Of a stretch of DNA of 64,000 nucleotides, positions 1 through 12,052 are shown in pieces. The notes under the pieces are model-generated. The model was not told where the DNA came from. It saw only the letters and a program-made list of their open reading frames with translations, and did no database searches. This stretch comes from Sminthopsis crassicaudata (lineage: Eukaryota): the NCBI RefSeq assembly GCF_048593235.1, contig NC_133618.1, positions 18,764,468 through 18,828,467 of the forward strand, read 5' to 3'. The first letter of the stretch is position 1. The number at the start of each line of letters is the position of its first letter. The position numbers and the translations under genes are program-made.

Positions 1-147
1 CCTCAGAGTGTTGGAGGGCCGGACTATAGTAAAAACAAAAGCTCACACTCTGTTTCCCACCTCAGCCCATTTGTCATAACCCGGCAGGCCGCATCAACAT
101 CCTTAGCGGCCACATCTGGCCCATGGGCCGTAGTTTGAGAACCCCTG
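1..147 (-). mobile_element. hAT/Charlie MITE, OC1-like (partial, runs off window start)
   Basis: Ends in ...gtagtttgagaacccctg (TIR). Reverse complement aligns along its length with the complete copy at 36978-37159 (roughly 80-85% by eye). Family name from memory. Confidence 0.8.
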
Positions 148-788
148 GATTAAACTGTGCAAAGTTCTTCCTTCTGTTGAGCCTAAAGAAGAGTCAAGAA
201 GCTGACATTCTATTTGGGGCTCTAGCCCATCTTTCTAGCATTATGTCTAATTATTCCTCTTTACTCAGACCCTCTTTCAAGCAAATTGGCTATCTGTCCC
301 CTACAAGTCACAATCCATAGATTGTTCCATACATTAATCATACAGAATATAGAAAGGAACTTCAAAGAAGCAAAAGGCTGGGGGGAGAGCAGTTCTAAAG
401 CCGCCCAAGGAGGATTCATTGGAGGTGAGTTGTAGAGGAACTAAGGGATTGAAAGAGACAGAGGTGAGGAGACAGCATTCCAGGCATGGAGGACAGCCAT
501 TACAAAGGAAAGAGATGGGAAAGGAGACATCTTGTCTGAGATGTAGAAAATACTTTCAACTTTAAAGCAGTCTATAAACTTTAGCCATCCTTTTAATGTT
601 TCATATATTTATCCTTCTACTACAAAGCAGTGGATTTGCTGTCCTGCAGGTAAAATTCTTTCATCAACCAATACCTCTCAATTTCTCCCAAAGCTGAAGA
701 AAATGTATCCCTGAAAATGTCTTTTTCAGAAGAAAGTTGGCAATCCACACACTTTAATAGAATCAAGTTTCCTCACAATGATCACTTA

Positions 789-1381
789 TGTTTGACTTTC
801 CAACATGGAATCTTGCCTTCATATATCAAAACTGCAGGTATTACCCCATCTCAAGGTCCATTGACATGGGTGCTCTCTTCTCATTGGTGGAGATGAGTGT
901 CCTGGGTAAGGGGTGGAGCAGAGTTACCTAGAGAGGGGAGAGCTTTAGTTCTCAGCAGTAACCCATCAGGACCCTGAAAAATCAGGCTCCCTTCATGACT
1001 CTCAAGCTTCAAGTCTTGAGGTGTGGGGTCACTTCAGGCTCTTCTGGTTTCCAGCTCCAAGAGAACACATAGGAAGGGCAATCCACTTCAATTTCTAAAG
1101 GAAAAGACTCTGGGAAGGCACAAGTGGAACTGGCATTCTTTATCATATCCCTATTCTCAGCCTGCAACTTGAGAAACTTCAGGGAATTTCCCTTTGGGTG
1201 AAATCCAGGACTCTGAGTTTAGCTGAATTATCTTTCTCCAAATGGGAGAACTTCTTCAATTTGTATTCTCTGGTATAGATTCTCTGTTTTCTGTTTTGCT
1301 ATGATTTCAATAAATGGGTTTTCTTTGATATTTCTTATGTGTCTTCATTGTGGACCTAGAATTTAGTAGAATAGGGTTACA
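789..1381 (+). mobile_element. Probable ERV solo LTR (left boundary uncertain)
   Basis: AATAAA at ~1309 followed by a U5-like segment ending ...gggttaca; no TSD found. Confidence 0.4.
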
Positions 1382-1838
1382 CATGCTGAAGAAGAATCTT
1401 GGGTAGTATTATAGAGAGAAAATTGAACTTAAAATGAAAGCTGCCATTTATTAACTAAATACTAGATTCTATAAGTCCCTTCTCCTGATATTGGTTTCTC
1501 CTTCCTTATATGTTACCCCTTCTGGGGCCACTTGTATAAATCATACTAATTCTCACAGCTTGACTTTGCAGAGCATGACTGAGCATCTCTAAAAGCCCTG
1601 GGGATCACCTTGAAAAGTCAAAGTTTCTAGAACTCTTGCTGATATTCCCCTCCCCCTAATCTAGGGCGCTTCCAAACATCAAGCAGTTGATACCAGTTGG
1701 CTTTCGCAAATGGGATACTTACTGAGAAAATAGGGCAAAATTCAATAGTTAACAAAACAATTACCCCAAAACACAGTCTCCTCTTGCATACACAGAGTTA
1801 TTAGGGAATCTGGGCTCAAACTTAGGAAGCATACATGG

Positions 1839-1996
1839 AGGCAGCTAGGTGGCGCAGTGGATAGAGCACCAGCCTTGAATTCAGGAGCACCCGAGTTCAA
1901 ATCTGGTCTCAGACACTTAACACTTCCTAGCTGTGTGACCCTGGGCAAGTCACTTAACCCCAGTCTCAAAGAAAAAAAAAAAAAAAAAAAAAAAAA
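1839..1996 (+). mobile_element. WSINE1-type tRNA/CORE SINE, young, with poly(A) tail
   Basis: gcagctaggtggcgcagtggatagagc head, B box gagttcaaatc, CORE, long A tail; TSD aagcatacatgg at 1827-1838 and 1997-2008. Confidence 0.95.
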
Positions 1997-3975
1997 AAGC
2001 ATACATGGCAAATTTATAGCTCCTGATATTAGAGTATTTTTCTCCCTCCTGAAGTTCTGTTTAGGTGTAGCTCTCTGATGGATCTGAAGAGCAGATGCCC
2101 TTGTCAAGTACTGAAGCCACCTTTTCTCATCCTGTCTAGTCTGTCTTTTGTGTGGCTTTCCGTTCCTAATATAGATGCTCTGATGACTGCTCCATGGACA
2201 TTTTATGGAAGCCAACGAGAATGCCAGGTTTTTTAGCTTTTCAAAGTTCAGTTGATCAGTAGGGTAAGGAAAAAAAAGGAAAAACAAGAAATTCAACCTC
2301 CGCTTCTCCAACAAGGGCAATTTCTTCTACTATTGCTTAGTCACCTTCTTGCTAGAATAATCAGACTTCTGGGTCAACAAGCTAGGTTATCCATAACCCC
2401 ACAAAATGTGACTGATTTTTTCAGCCAAATACAAAATATTTCTGTGCAATCATATGCTTTTCCCCATTATCAAAGCATTTCATTTCTCCTAAAGTAAAAA
2501 GGGATCTGTACAAATCTAATTTATATCATTAGTTGATCAATTCAATCAGCAGACTATGCCTTCTGTGTTAATATGAGTTTAGCTTGGGGTTGGGTTGAGA
2601 CCAGGTTGGAAATGCCCACACTTGCATGTAAAATAAAAGGATTGCACTTTCTAGGATCTAAAAGCCTTTTCTTTGGACCTGTTTACTTTTCTGTAAAACT
2701 GGACTAAATGGTCTAGATGGTTGGACTAGAAAATGTCCAAGATTACTTCCGTTCCCTGGTGTCCTCAGTTTCTATAAATGTTGGCATTTTAGTACATGTT
2801 TTCCAAGGTCCCTTTGCTGCCTTTGCTTCCGTTTCCTTCTTTGTAAAATGAGAGTTGGACTAGTCTCCAAAATCATTTTCCTTTTTGGAGTTTCTGTTGC
2901 CACCTTTATGAAATGAACATATACTTTCTAGTAAATGATCCCCAAGGTCTCTTCCAGCTCTAACATTCTGTGATTCATCCTCGTGCCTTTGCCCTGTCCA
3001 GCATCCCCCAAGACGAAATTTTCAAACCTGAAATGATATGGTGTCTTCATAAAATCTCTGTGCCATTTTTAAACTTTTAAAACATAAATTTTAACAGCTT
3101 GGATTGTAGATACAGTAAAAACAATTTGTAAAGGCATTTAAAACTAAATAGAATTTCTCCTCACCACTAAAGTGGATTTCATCTCTGTGAGCTCTAGGTC
3201 ATAGGATTCTGGCTTACTTCACCTGGCCATGTTTTACCTGCCATGTGACCTGAAATTCAAGTGCTATACATACAGGTAGGCAATGTGCCTGTCATCAATT
3301 TTAATCAGTTAGCTTCTGAACAATTTCCACCAATTATTTTCAACATATTTGGCGTCTTAGAAACAGCACCAGCTTAAGAAGAGAAGCCTAGATCCACAGT
3401 TAGATAATATTGGTTAGATTCCCAGCTCTGACATTTCCTAATTATACAACCCTGGATCAGTTACTTCTTTTCTCTAGGCCTCAGTTTCCTACTTATAAAA
3501 TAGGGAATTCAATATGTAATCTCTAAAGTCCCATCTAATTCTGACATTCTATTTTCTAGTCCTTTCTTCAATGTTTCAAAGTTCCTTCCAGTTCTAACAT
3601 TGTTTTCTGTGTACTGGGATAAAGTTCAATCTGGATACCTCCACTGATATACATCCCTACTTCCTTCCAGAGCATCCCATTTAACTCTAAGGCAGCTGTC
3701 AGTGGAAGGATATTTTTTTTTCTTTATGCTGAGTCTAAATCTCTCTTTCTTCAGTTTCTATCTCATACCCTTAATTCTTCCCTGTGGGACCGAATCAAAT
3801 GTCCCCTTCCATGTCTATTCTCTAGGTTAATCATCTTTGTTTCTTTACATTCATTCTATTCTAGTAGAATATTCCAGTTCTCTTACTATTCTGATTACCC
3901 TCCTCTGAACACAATTAAACTCATTAAACTCTTTATGTTAAGATTCGGGTATGACCTTTATTTTGTATCCTAAGG

Positions 3976-4490
3976 TGTAATATGCTTTCTAAAGCTCCCA
4001 AATTGGGCGCCAAAATGTACTATGCTTTCTAGAGCCCCATGTTGGGCGCCAAAATGTAGTTAGTGTCCAGACTAGCTCTCTGGAGGATCTGGGGACCAGC
4101 CTTGGTCTTAGTGGAAGAGTGAAGAAGGCAGGAGACTCACGAGGTCAAAGATAGAGAGTCCTTATTTCAAATCCTCTCAGCCCTTAAATAACTTGATATG
4201 ATTACATCATTACAGCACACTAAGCATGTGCCAACTAGAGAATCATTACATCACCACATCACACGGAACAAGTATTAACTATAATAGCACCCTGCTATAG
4301 ATATGTAAATTCCTCTTGCTCTAAGTATCCCTTGCTTCAAGTAGAACATCAGTGGTCACACCCTCCTTCACTTCTCAGGAAGGAGGAGAGAACCAAAGGG
4401 AGCCAAACTAGACATCAGCAGCAGGTTCCCTCTGGGCTGAAAAGTCTTATACCTCACCCAGAGCTCCCCCACTATCTGCAGCCCTCTACA
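3976..4490 (-). mobile_element. ERV2-type LTR with two tandem tRNA-Lys PBS units
   Basis: TG...CA termini; flanks ctaagg/ataagg (5/6 TSD-like). Minus-strand tggcgcccaacatggggc at 4033-4051 matches the Lys1,2 PBS TGGCGCCCAACGTGGGGC apart from one CpG-type change. Confidence 0.8.
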
Positions 4491-5239
4491 ATAAGGTTTC
4501 TTTCAGCTCCGACATTCTCTCTTCTAAAGTACCTCCCATATCTTTCATTCTTCAGTATTCCAAGGTCCCCTTCTAGCTCTGACATTTTATATTCTGTGTT
4601 CTAAGGCCCTTCCCAAATTTGGTTCTCTTGTGTTCTAGGTTTCAAAATTATTCCCAGCTTTGTTATTCTATAATCTTTGTTCTTGTCCTAACCTATGAGA
4701 ATCTAAAGTAATAAGCTACATAAGGAATTTAAGGCCTCATATTTACAATGTAATCAGGAAGAAGACTATGTTTTCAGCAAGGCTTGTCATTCCTAAGTCA
4801 CAAACCCCACTTAGAAGGAATGTCTCCTTCCCTAGATCTCTCCACTCTTACTTCTATGCATATAATTTTCTACCTCGTTTTACTGTCTATATACCTATTG
4901 TACCTCTCCAACTAGATGCTAAGATCCCAGAAGGTATGGAGTGTTATTCTGCATATTCCCGTAGGGATCCTAAAAACATCCATTCCTTCCTTGTGTGTAT
5001 ACTCTCTCCCCCAATGCAAATGTTTACCTAAGTTGCTGTGTTTAGTAAATTATCGAGCTTGATCTTCAGAGTGTAGATATTCCCTCCATGACCAAGCCTA
5101 GGCCTAAGTCTATTACATGTGTTTGAAAGAAAAATCGTCAATGATTGTCCTGCCCTGAAATAAACTTCAAGAGTCCAAGGTCATCATCAGAGTACAGTAA
5201 TAATGAAATATACTGCACATAATAGGCACTTAATGAATA

Positions 5240-5595
5240 CTTTGAATTGAATTGAATTACACTGACAATGGCTGGTAGTACAATATTGGATTGTTGGTGG
5301 ATACTTAATGGAATGGGAACAAATGAACTGATAGAAAATTAAAGCAACTTGATTTGTTGGATAAAGAATAAACTTAAATTAATTAAAATGTAAGTGAATT
5401 GACTTTTAGGGAATGGAATGAAATTCCATTAATGGATATCACATTGAATTGAATTAAATTGAAACAAATGTGACCCTAAAATGAATTGAAATGAAATTCC
5501 TGGGTAAATCTAACATTGGATTTAATTGAATTAGTATTAGGGCACTAAATTGAATTGAATAAAATGTTTAGGACATAAAATTGAATTGAATTCAT
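5240..5595 (+). repeat. Degenerate (AATTG/GAATT)n-rich tract following an L2 3' tail
   Basis: Repeated ttgaattgaa motifs starting right after aataggcacttaatgaatac. Confidence 0.6.
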
Positions 5596-7087
5596 ACTGG
5601 TGATTTTTCATTTGATACAAGAACCAAGCCAACAAGTGAAAAATCTAGGGTTAGGTTCTTACACCCTAAATACATCTGTGTTGTATTAATATTTATGCCA
5701 GTCCATGCTCCTGGGAAACAACTGCACTTAGACATGAAAAGAAGGAAATTAAAGAGTTTTCCATTTTAAGATACTTGTGGAACTCACAACTTTCTGTCTC
5801 AGAAATAAATCGCTAAAAGTTTACTACTCAGATAACATCTTACCCACACTGAAACAAATAGCTATTTCTTGACTATCATCATATCTATCTCTGGTACCAA
5901 TTTTACAATGACGATGGTCAGAAGACCTAGATTCAGATCCTAACTCCAACATGTCCTAGATGTGAGACCTTGTGAACTCTTAGCCTTTGCTACACAGAAA
6001 TATGCACTGATTAAAAGATACCCAACAAAGAGAAACATCCACATGTACAAATTTGGGTACGTACACAAACAGAATGACATCTACAGGGACTTACATGCAA
6101 TGATCATGGCAGTGATCTGGTTAGCACCCCCATTTATGGTATCTTAGAAGATTGGTGTCAAGAGCTTTTAGAAGCTTATGTGTGCATTCTCACACCATAA
6201 ACCAAAAAAAAAACTCCAAATGGATATGGGATTTAGATATAAAAGGTCACATCATCAACTAATTATAGGAAGAAAGAAACAATATCCTTTACAATTATAG
6301 ATAGAAGAATAGTTCATACTCAAACAAGAAATGGGGGTATCTCAGAAAAGAAAATGGACAATGTTGGATATTTTTAAAAAACATAGTACCAATTAAGCAT
6401 AGGAGTTAAAATTAGAAAGCAAGACAAGTCAAAGCAAGAAGTATCTAATAAGTGTTATGTGCTAGACACTGTGTTAACTGCTGGATTAAAAATAGAAGCA
6501 AAAAGTTAATCCTTACCTTCACAGGATATTGCATTCCAATAGGGGTACAAGAAGGTAAAATAAATATACAGAAAATGATAGATGAACAATAGAGAGGGCA
6601 ATGAGGATTAGTAAGCCTGGAACTCTATCTAAAATATAAGCCATGGAAGGAAATTCATCGATGGGAATAAAAAGCTGACATAGAAGACAGATATTCCAAG
6701 ATGAGAAGATCCCAAAGAATGAGAGAAAAAGTTCTAGAGTAAGACTACAATGAAATCAAAGTTAATGAGATAAAAATTTCCCCATCCAAAAACAATAACA
6801 ACAAAAATCTTTTATTTTAAGTGATTGATATCCTGCTATATGAGTAACTGTTTCAGAATGTGAACATGCAGATATCAAAAGAAATTCAAATTTTCAACAG
6901 ACTTATTAAAAAAACTCCTTAACATTAATAATAAAAGACATGCTAATTCAAATACCTCTGAGCTTCCACATTCCCCCTATCAGATTGGCAAAGATGGCAA
7001 AAAAAGAAAAATGGCAATCATTGAAAGGCTACAGCACACCAGGCACATTAAAGCACTATTGGTGAGGCTATAAATTGGTTCGATTAA

Positions 7088-7260
7088 NNNNNNNNNNNNN
7101 NNNNNNNNNNNNNNNNNNNNNNNNNNNNNNNNNNNNNNNNNNNNNNNNNNNNNNNNNNNNNNNNNNNNNNNNNNNNNNNNNNNNNNNNNNNNNNNNNNNN
7201 NNNNNNNNNNNNNNNNNNNNNNNNNNNNNNNNNNNNNNNNNNNNNNNNNNNNNNNNNNNN
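7088..7260. other. Assembly gap (173 N)
   Basis: Run of N. Confidence 1.
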
Positions 7261-7380
7261 NATACTCAGAAAACCCTGGATTAGAGTAAGAATTGATATA
7301 GAATGAAGTGAGCAAAACCAAAGTAATCTATATAATAACTTTGTAAGAAAAACAACTTTCAAAAATTTAAGAACTCTGAT

Positions 7381-7985
7381 GAGTTGGTTGATTGGTTATT
7401 GGCCTTTGTTCTAGAAGAGAACCAAAATGACATCACTTTGTTAGAGTTCAGTCACAATGTTCCAACTGTGGCTGATCCAACAAATAGGAGCTCAGAATGC
7501 TCTGCCACAGATCAGACATTATAAATTGTCCCTATGAACTTTTGGAGGTGCTGCTCTAACTTTGCTCATCTCGTGTTTCTTCTAAGCTAATTAAATTGGC
7601 ATTTGAACAATGTGGCCAGCCCAACTGAGCTGCATGACTGGAATGCTTGGCAGTTTAGTTCAAAAAAAGACCTCAGTTTCTGGTATCTTATCCTGCAAGG
7701 TGATCGTCTGAATCATCCTAGGACACTTCAAGTTCAACTTCAGTTTCCTGGCCTGGTGTTGGTTTACTGTCCAGGTTTCAAACACATACAACAATGAGGT
7801 CAGCACAATGGCTCTCTCTACCTTTAGTTTGATAGTCAATCTAATATCGCTCTTCTCCTACACTTTCCTTCTGAGCCTCTCAAACATGTGCTACCTCTGG
7901 CAAGGCATGTTTCAGTTTCATGATGATGAAGTAGATTATCCACTTCTTGGAAGAGATGAGATGGACTCAAGGAACACAATGTGAT
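7381..7985 (-). mobile_element. RTE-clade LINE 3' fragment inserted in L1 3' UTR
   Basis: ttggttgattggttattggcctttgttctagaagagaaccaaaatgacatcact... resembles the reverse complement of the marsupial RTE 3' end (recognised from memory). Confidence 0.7.
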
Positions 7986-10900
7986 ATACATTTTGGACAT
8001 GATTGATGTAGAAATCTGTTTTTCTTCCTTATACATATGTGTCACGAAGGCTTAGTTTTTCTCTATTTTCAAGGAGGCAGGACGTGCCAGACCAAAAAAA
8101 AAAAAAAAAGAAGAAAAGAAAATTACAAAAGCATTTTTAATGGACGGAAAAGAGAAAAGAAAACAATAGGAAAAACAGAGAAGCAGGACAACTTTCAAAT
8201 CACTATCAAATTTATTTATATATTTAAAAAGGAAAACAAGTCTTGCTTATTAAATAATACCAATCTTACCTAAAATTCTCTTTTTTCTATTTTATATATG
8301 GAAATGTTTATTTGGTATTAAGTTCAGAATAAAAAAGAATAAAATTAAAGATAAATTAAAAAAAAACCTACATCTTATACATTTTTACAATGATAGGAGG
8401 AAATGAAGCTGTCCATTCTCAAATTTTGCTGGATAATCCCTACTTTGCTTCTAAAAGATCAGACCTGGAAATTTTAGTTTTCCACTGTTAAAACTTTCTC
8501 TGGTTGCAAGAAATGATTGCAAGTTTGTTCCAAACTTACTCTGGAACAGTCCCTAGTTTTCTCAGTGATCTCATATTTTGTTGTGTTTTGTTTTTGGAAA
8601 TGGGAGAGATGAGGAATTTGTTTTTGCTTGTTGTGTGTCATCCAAATCTGTGATTTCATCTCTGTAGGGAGCTAACTACCAGAGGAGAAAATTCCTCTAC
8701 CAATGTAAATCTGTACACTTATCCAGTAACATTATCCAGATGCACTAAGAAGTTAAGTGACCTGTCCAGGATCATTTAGCCAGGATATGATAGACATGGG
8801 ACATAAACCCAAATCTTCTTTTCTCTCCCTCCTCTCACCACACCGACTTTCCTTTCTGTTATGCTATCCAAAGAAGTCAAATCTTAAAGGGAAAAGATTC
8901 CATTTCAGGGACACGAAGAAACACTGAAAGCACATAAAGTCATGAATATGCTTCTAGTTAGATATGTTGCTGGCTAGGAAGAAAATTCATGATAATAATA
9001 ACTCAGATTGATCTGTGATCTTCTCCCTCCAATATATAGATGCAGCTAAGTGACTCAATAATTAGAGCAGTAGACCAGAGTCAAATGCTCCGTGTTTAAA
9101 TTAGTCTTCATATACATAATAGATGTATGAGCCTGAGCAAGTACTTAAGTGTATCTGTGCCGGGTCCCTCATCTGTAAAATGGTATTGCAGTTATTCTGA
9201 AAATAAAATGTTTATAAAGCATTTCGCTTACCTTAAAGAGCTATATAAATGCTAACTATTAACATAATCATACATATCTTTTAACAGTAGAAATAATTCA
9301 CATTTCTATGTAGTAATTAGGTTTATGTGGAATTATCCCCTTCACAACTGGAAGGAAGAGAGAAAAGGTAGAGAAAAGTCTGGTTGAGAGACAATAATGT
9401 ATTATCCAATATCCAGTAGAGAGAGAGCCTTATCAGGAAGACCTGGGTTCAGTTTTCTATCTCTGACCCATATAGGCTGTGTGACCCTGGTCAAGTCACT
9501 TGACTCCTCAGATTCTGACCAAGTCTCTAATAATATAATTTGCCAGAAGTTTAGCACTGGCATTAGAAGAGAGTTTTTCCTCCTCTGGGAGTTTCTTAGA
9601 CCAATGATACAGGTTCGCTTCCTTATCCCTATTCCTTTCTCTCCACTACAATCTTAAAAGTTAGACATATCAATATTTTATGTCCTTTTTATAGATGAAA
9701 AAACTGAAGGTCAGACAAAAGAACCGGCTTGGTCATGGACCCACAGCTAATATCCAATCAGGCCTGGAATTAACTCAGCATCCCCAAACTTGCAGGCACC
9801 AACTTGAGGACATCTTTAAAGTTTTACATTTTTGATGAAAAGGTAATTTTAGACATAATTGTGGTATTTCTTCCAATAATTTCGACTAATTCTGCCTTCT
9901 AATTGGTTTCATTGTGAGATCAACACGAGCAAGAAGTGTGGAGACATCTGGTATAAGAGGAGGGAGAGTTTATTTTAAGTCTAAATCAAGTGCTTTTTTT
10001 ACCTTTATATTTTCAGAAAATAGCTAGCCCATAAATAAGTTTTTAAAGAATTTTCTTCTTTCCTGAAGTACAACTTGAGGGCAGTTCAGCTTCCTTTTTT
10101 AGTTATATATTCATAGGCTTTAATATGAAAAGAACGTCATAACCCATCATGTCCAGCCTGTACCTCACATCTTTATGTCATTCTCAACAAAGTCATCCAA
10201 TCTCCACTTAGAGCTAGTCCTGAAGAAGTTCATTATTTAATTATTAGCAAGTTTTTTTGTTTTTTTTTTAAGTGTCTTACCTACTTTCGTGGGACTCTGA
10301 TCTTGTCAATCCACAGCTCTCTCCAACAATGCAAATTGAAATTCAAACTTGTCTTCCACTCCAGGAGGATTATTGTCCAAGTCTTCCAATAAACACCCAC
10401 AGGGGTCCCACACAACATGCATAGAGTATATCCTTCAGATCTCTAAACATCGCGTAACTAGCCAGAGGAGAGAGAACGTGGGCTATTTGTGGAGCCATCG
10501 TCTTTTTTCAACTCTAATTCTTCCAAGACAACTATTCCGGTCATATGTTATGACTGGAAAATATATTGACAGCTAAAAGATGGGACTTAGTGTCAAGGGA
10601 ATGTTTGGGATGGTTAAAAGTATTGCACAATTTCCCCAAAGCAATCCATCCAATTCTCTTCTTCTGGACAGCTCAACATCTGACCAAGATATCTGTGTTG
10701 ACTGTCTAACTCCATTATTGTCCATATTGTTGTATCATAATCTGGATTACAGGTGTTCCATTTCCCTCTCAAATGAAGTCACAGTCTGTCTCCTATTGTT
10801 GGAAAGTATTCCCTCCTCATCTCAGTTTTTCAAAATTATTTTCTTCCTCCATCCTCAACTCAACAGCCATTTGCTCCATGCTTAAGTTTTCTAGCCATTA

Positions 10901-11627
10901 GTTTTCCACCTCTCCCCAAATTAACATATCTATTTAGGAACAGAGATTCAGAACTAGAAGAAACTTCAGTGGCCATCAAGTCCATCCTCTTATAATTAAG
11001 AAAACTGAGGCAGAGGGTAATAAGTAGTCTAAAATCACAGAGCCGTTATATGAGGTAGGATTTTAATCCGTATATTCATGATTCCAAGGCAATATTCCAT
11101 CCATTTTACTATGTTCCCTTCTTCACCACATTTTTGTGTCTTTTTTGTGTCCCCCCCCCAACCCCCAGAGAATCTAAGTTCCTTTGGAGCAAAGACTGCT
11201 TTACTTTGTCATTGTATTCCCCAAATCCAGCAAAGTGCCTGACACATAGTAGGCAGTTAATAAATTTTATTTGATTTGAGTTGAATTAAGTGGAGAAATA
11301 AGAAGGAATTTGTAGTCAGGATTAAGCTTGTTATATGGAAAACCTTACAGGTAAATGGCGCAGTGGACAGAGTGCAGGATCTGGAGTCAAAAAGAGTCTT
11401 CTCCTGAAGTTCAAATTGAGTCTTAGATACTTCCTAGCTCTATAATCCTGGTGTTAGAAATGAAATTTTTAGATCCAGATTCTTGGAATGAATGGAGATA
11501 GGCTTTATTATATGCCTTACAAGCAGTGTGTGCCATACCACTTTGAAAGGGCACACATGTAAAACCAGTAGTTCTGTTTCATAATCTCAGCCTGTCTTCT
11601 CAGTCCCTCCTCAGAGAACCTTCCAAA

Positions 11628-12052
11628 GCAGCTAGGTGGCACAGTGAATAGAGTACCAGTCCTGAAGTCAGGAGAACCTGAGTTCAAATCTGCCCTCAGA
11701 TACTTAACACTTCCTAGCTGTGTGACCCTAGGCAAGTCACTTAACCCCAATTGCAGAAAAAGAGGAAAGGGAAAGGGAAAAAGGGAAAGGGAGAAAGGGA
11801 AAGGGAGAAATGAAAAGAGGGAAAGGGAAAAGGGGAAAAGAAAGGGGGAAAGAGAAAGGGGGAAAGAGAAAGGGAAAGGAAAAGGGAAAGGGAAAAGGAA
11901 AGGAGGAAAAGGAAAGGAGGAAAGGGAAAGGGAGAAAGGGAAAGGGAGAAAGGGAAAGGGAGAAAGGGAAAGGAGAAAAGGGAAAGGAGGAAAGGGAAAG
12001 GGAGAAAGGGAAAGGAGAAAAGGGAAAGGAGGAAAGGGAAAGGGAAAAAAGG
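11628..12052 (+). mobile_element. WSINE1-type SINE with ~300 bp polypurine-expanded tail
   Basis: SINE body ~11628-11751; TSD gaaccttccaaa at 11616-11627 and 12053-12064 encloses the whole purine tract. Confidence 0.92.
11752..12052 (+). repeat. Pure-purine (GGGAAA/GGAAA/GGAGAAA)n tract
   Basis: Almost exclusively A/G over ~300 bp. Confidence 0.95.

Larger units (their letters stand above)
6185..8360 (+). mobile_element. Old fragmented L1 (ORF2 3' end and 3' UTR), interrupted by L2, a gap and an RTE
   Basis: ctcacaccataaaccaaaa...ctccaaatggatat, gcttccacattcccc.atcagattggcaaagatg and an A-rich 3' end at ~8330-8365 resemble the mammalian L1 ORF2 C-terminus and 3' UTR. Confidence 0.7.

Noticed and set aside
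1841-1900. tRNA-like A and B boxes at SINE heads
   Set aside because: Part of tRNA-derived SINEs with CORE and A tail, not tRNA genes.
1742-2320. 192-aa minus-strand ORF, the longest gap-free ORF
   Set aside because: Reads through an antisense SINE and its poly(T); the same SINE peptide recurs at 11517-11750.
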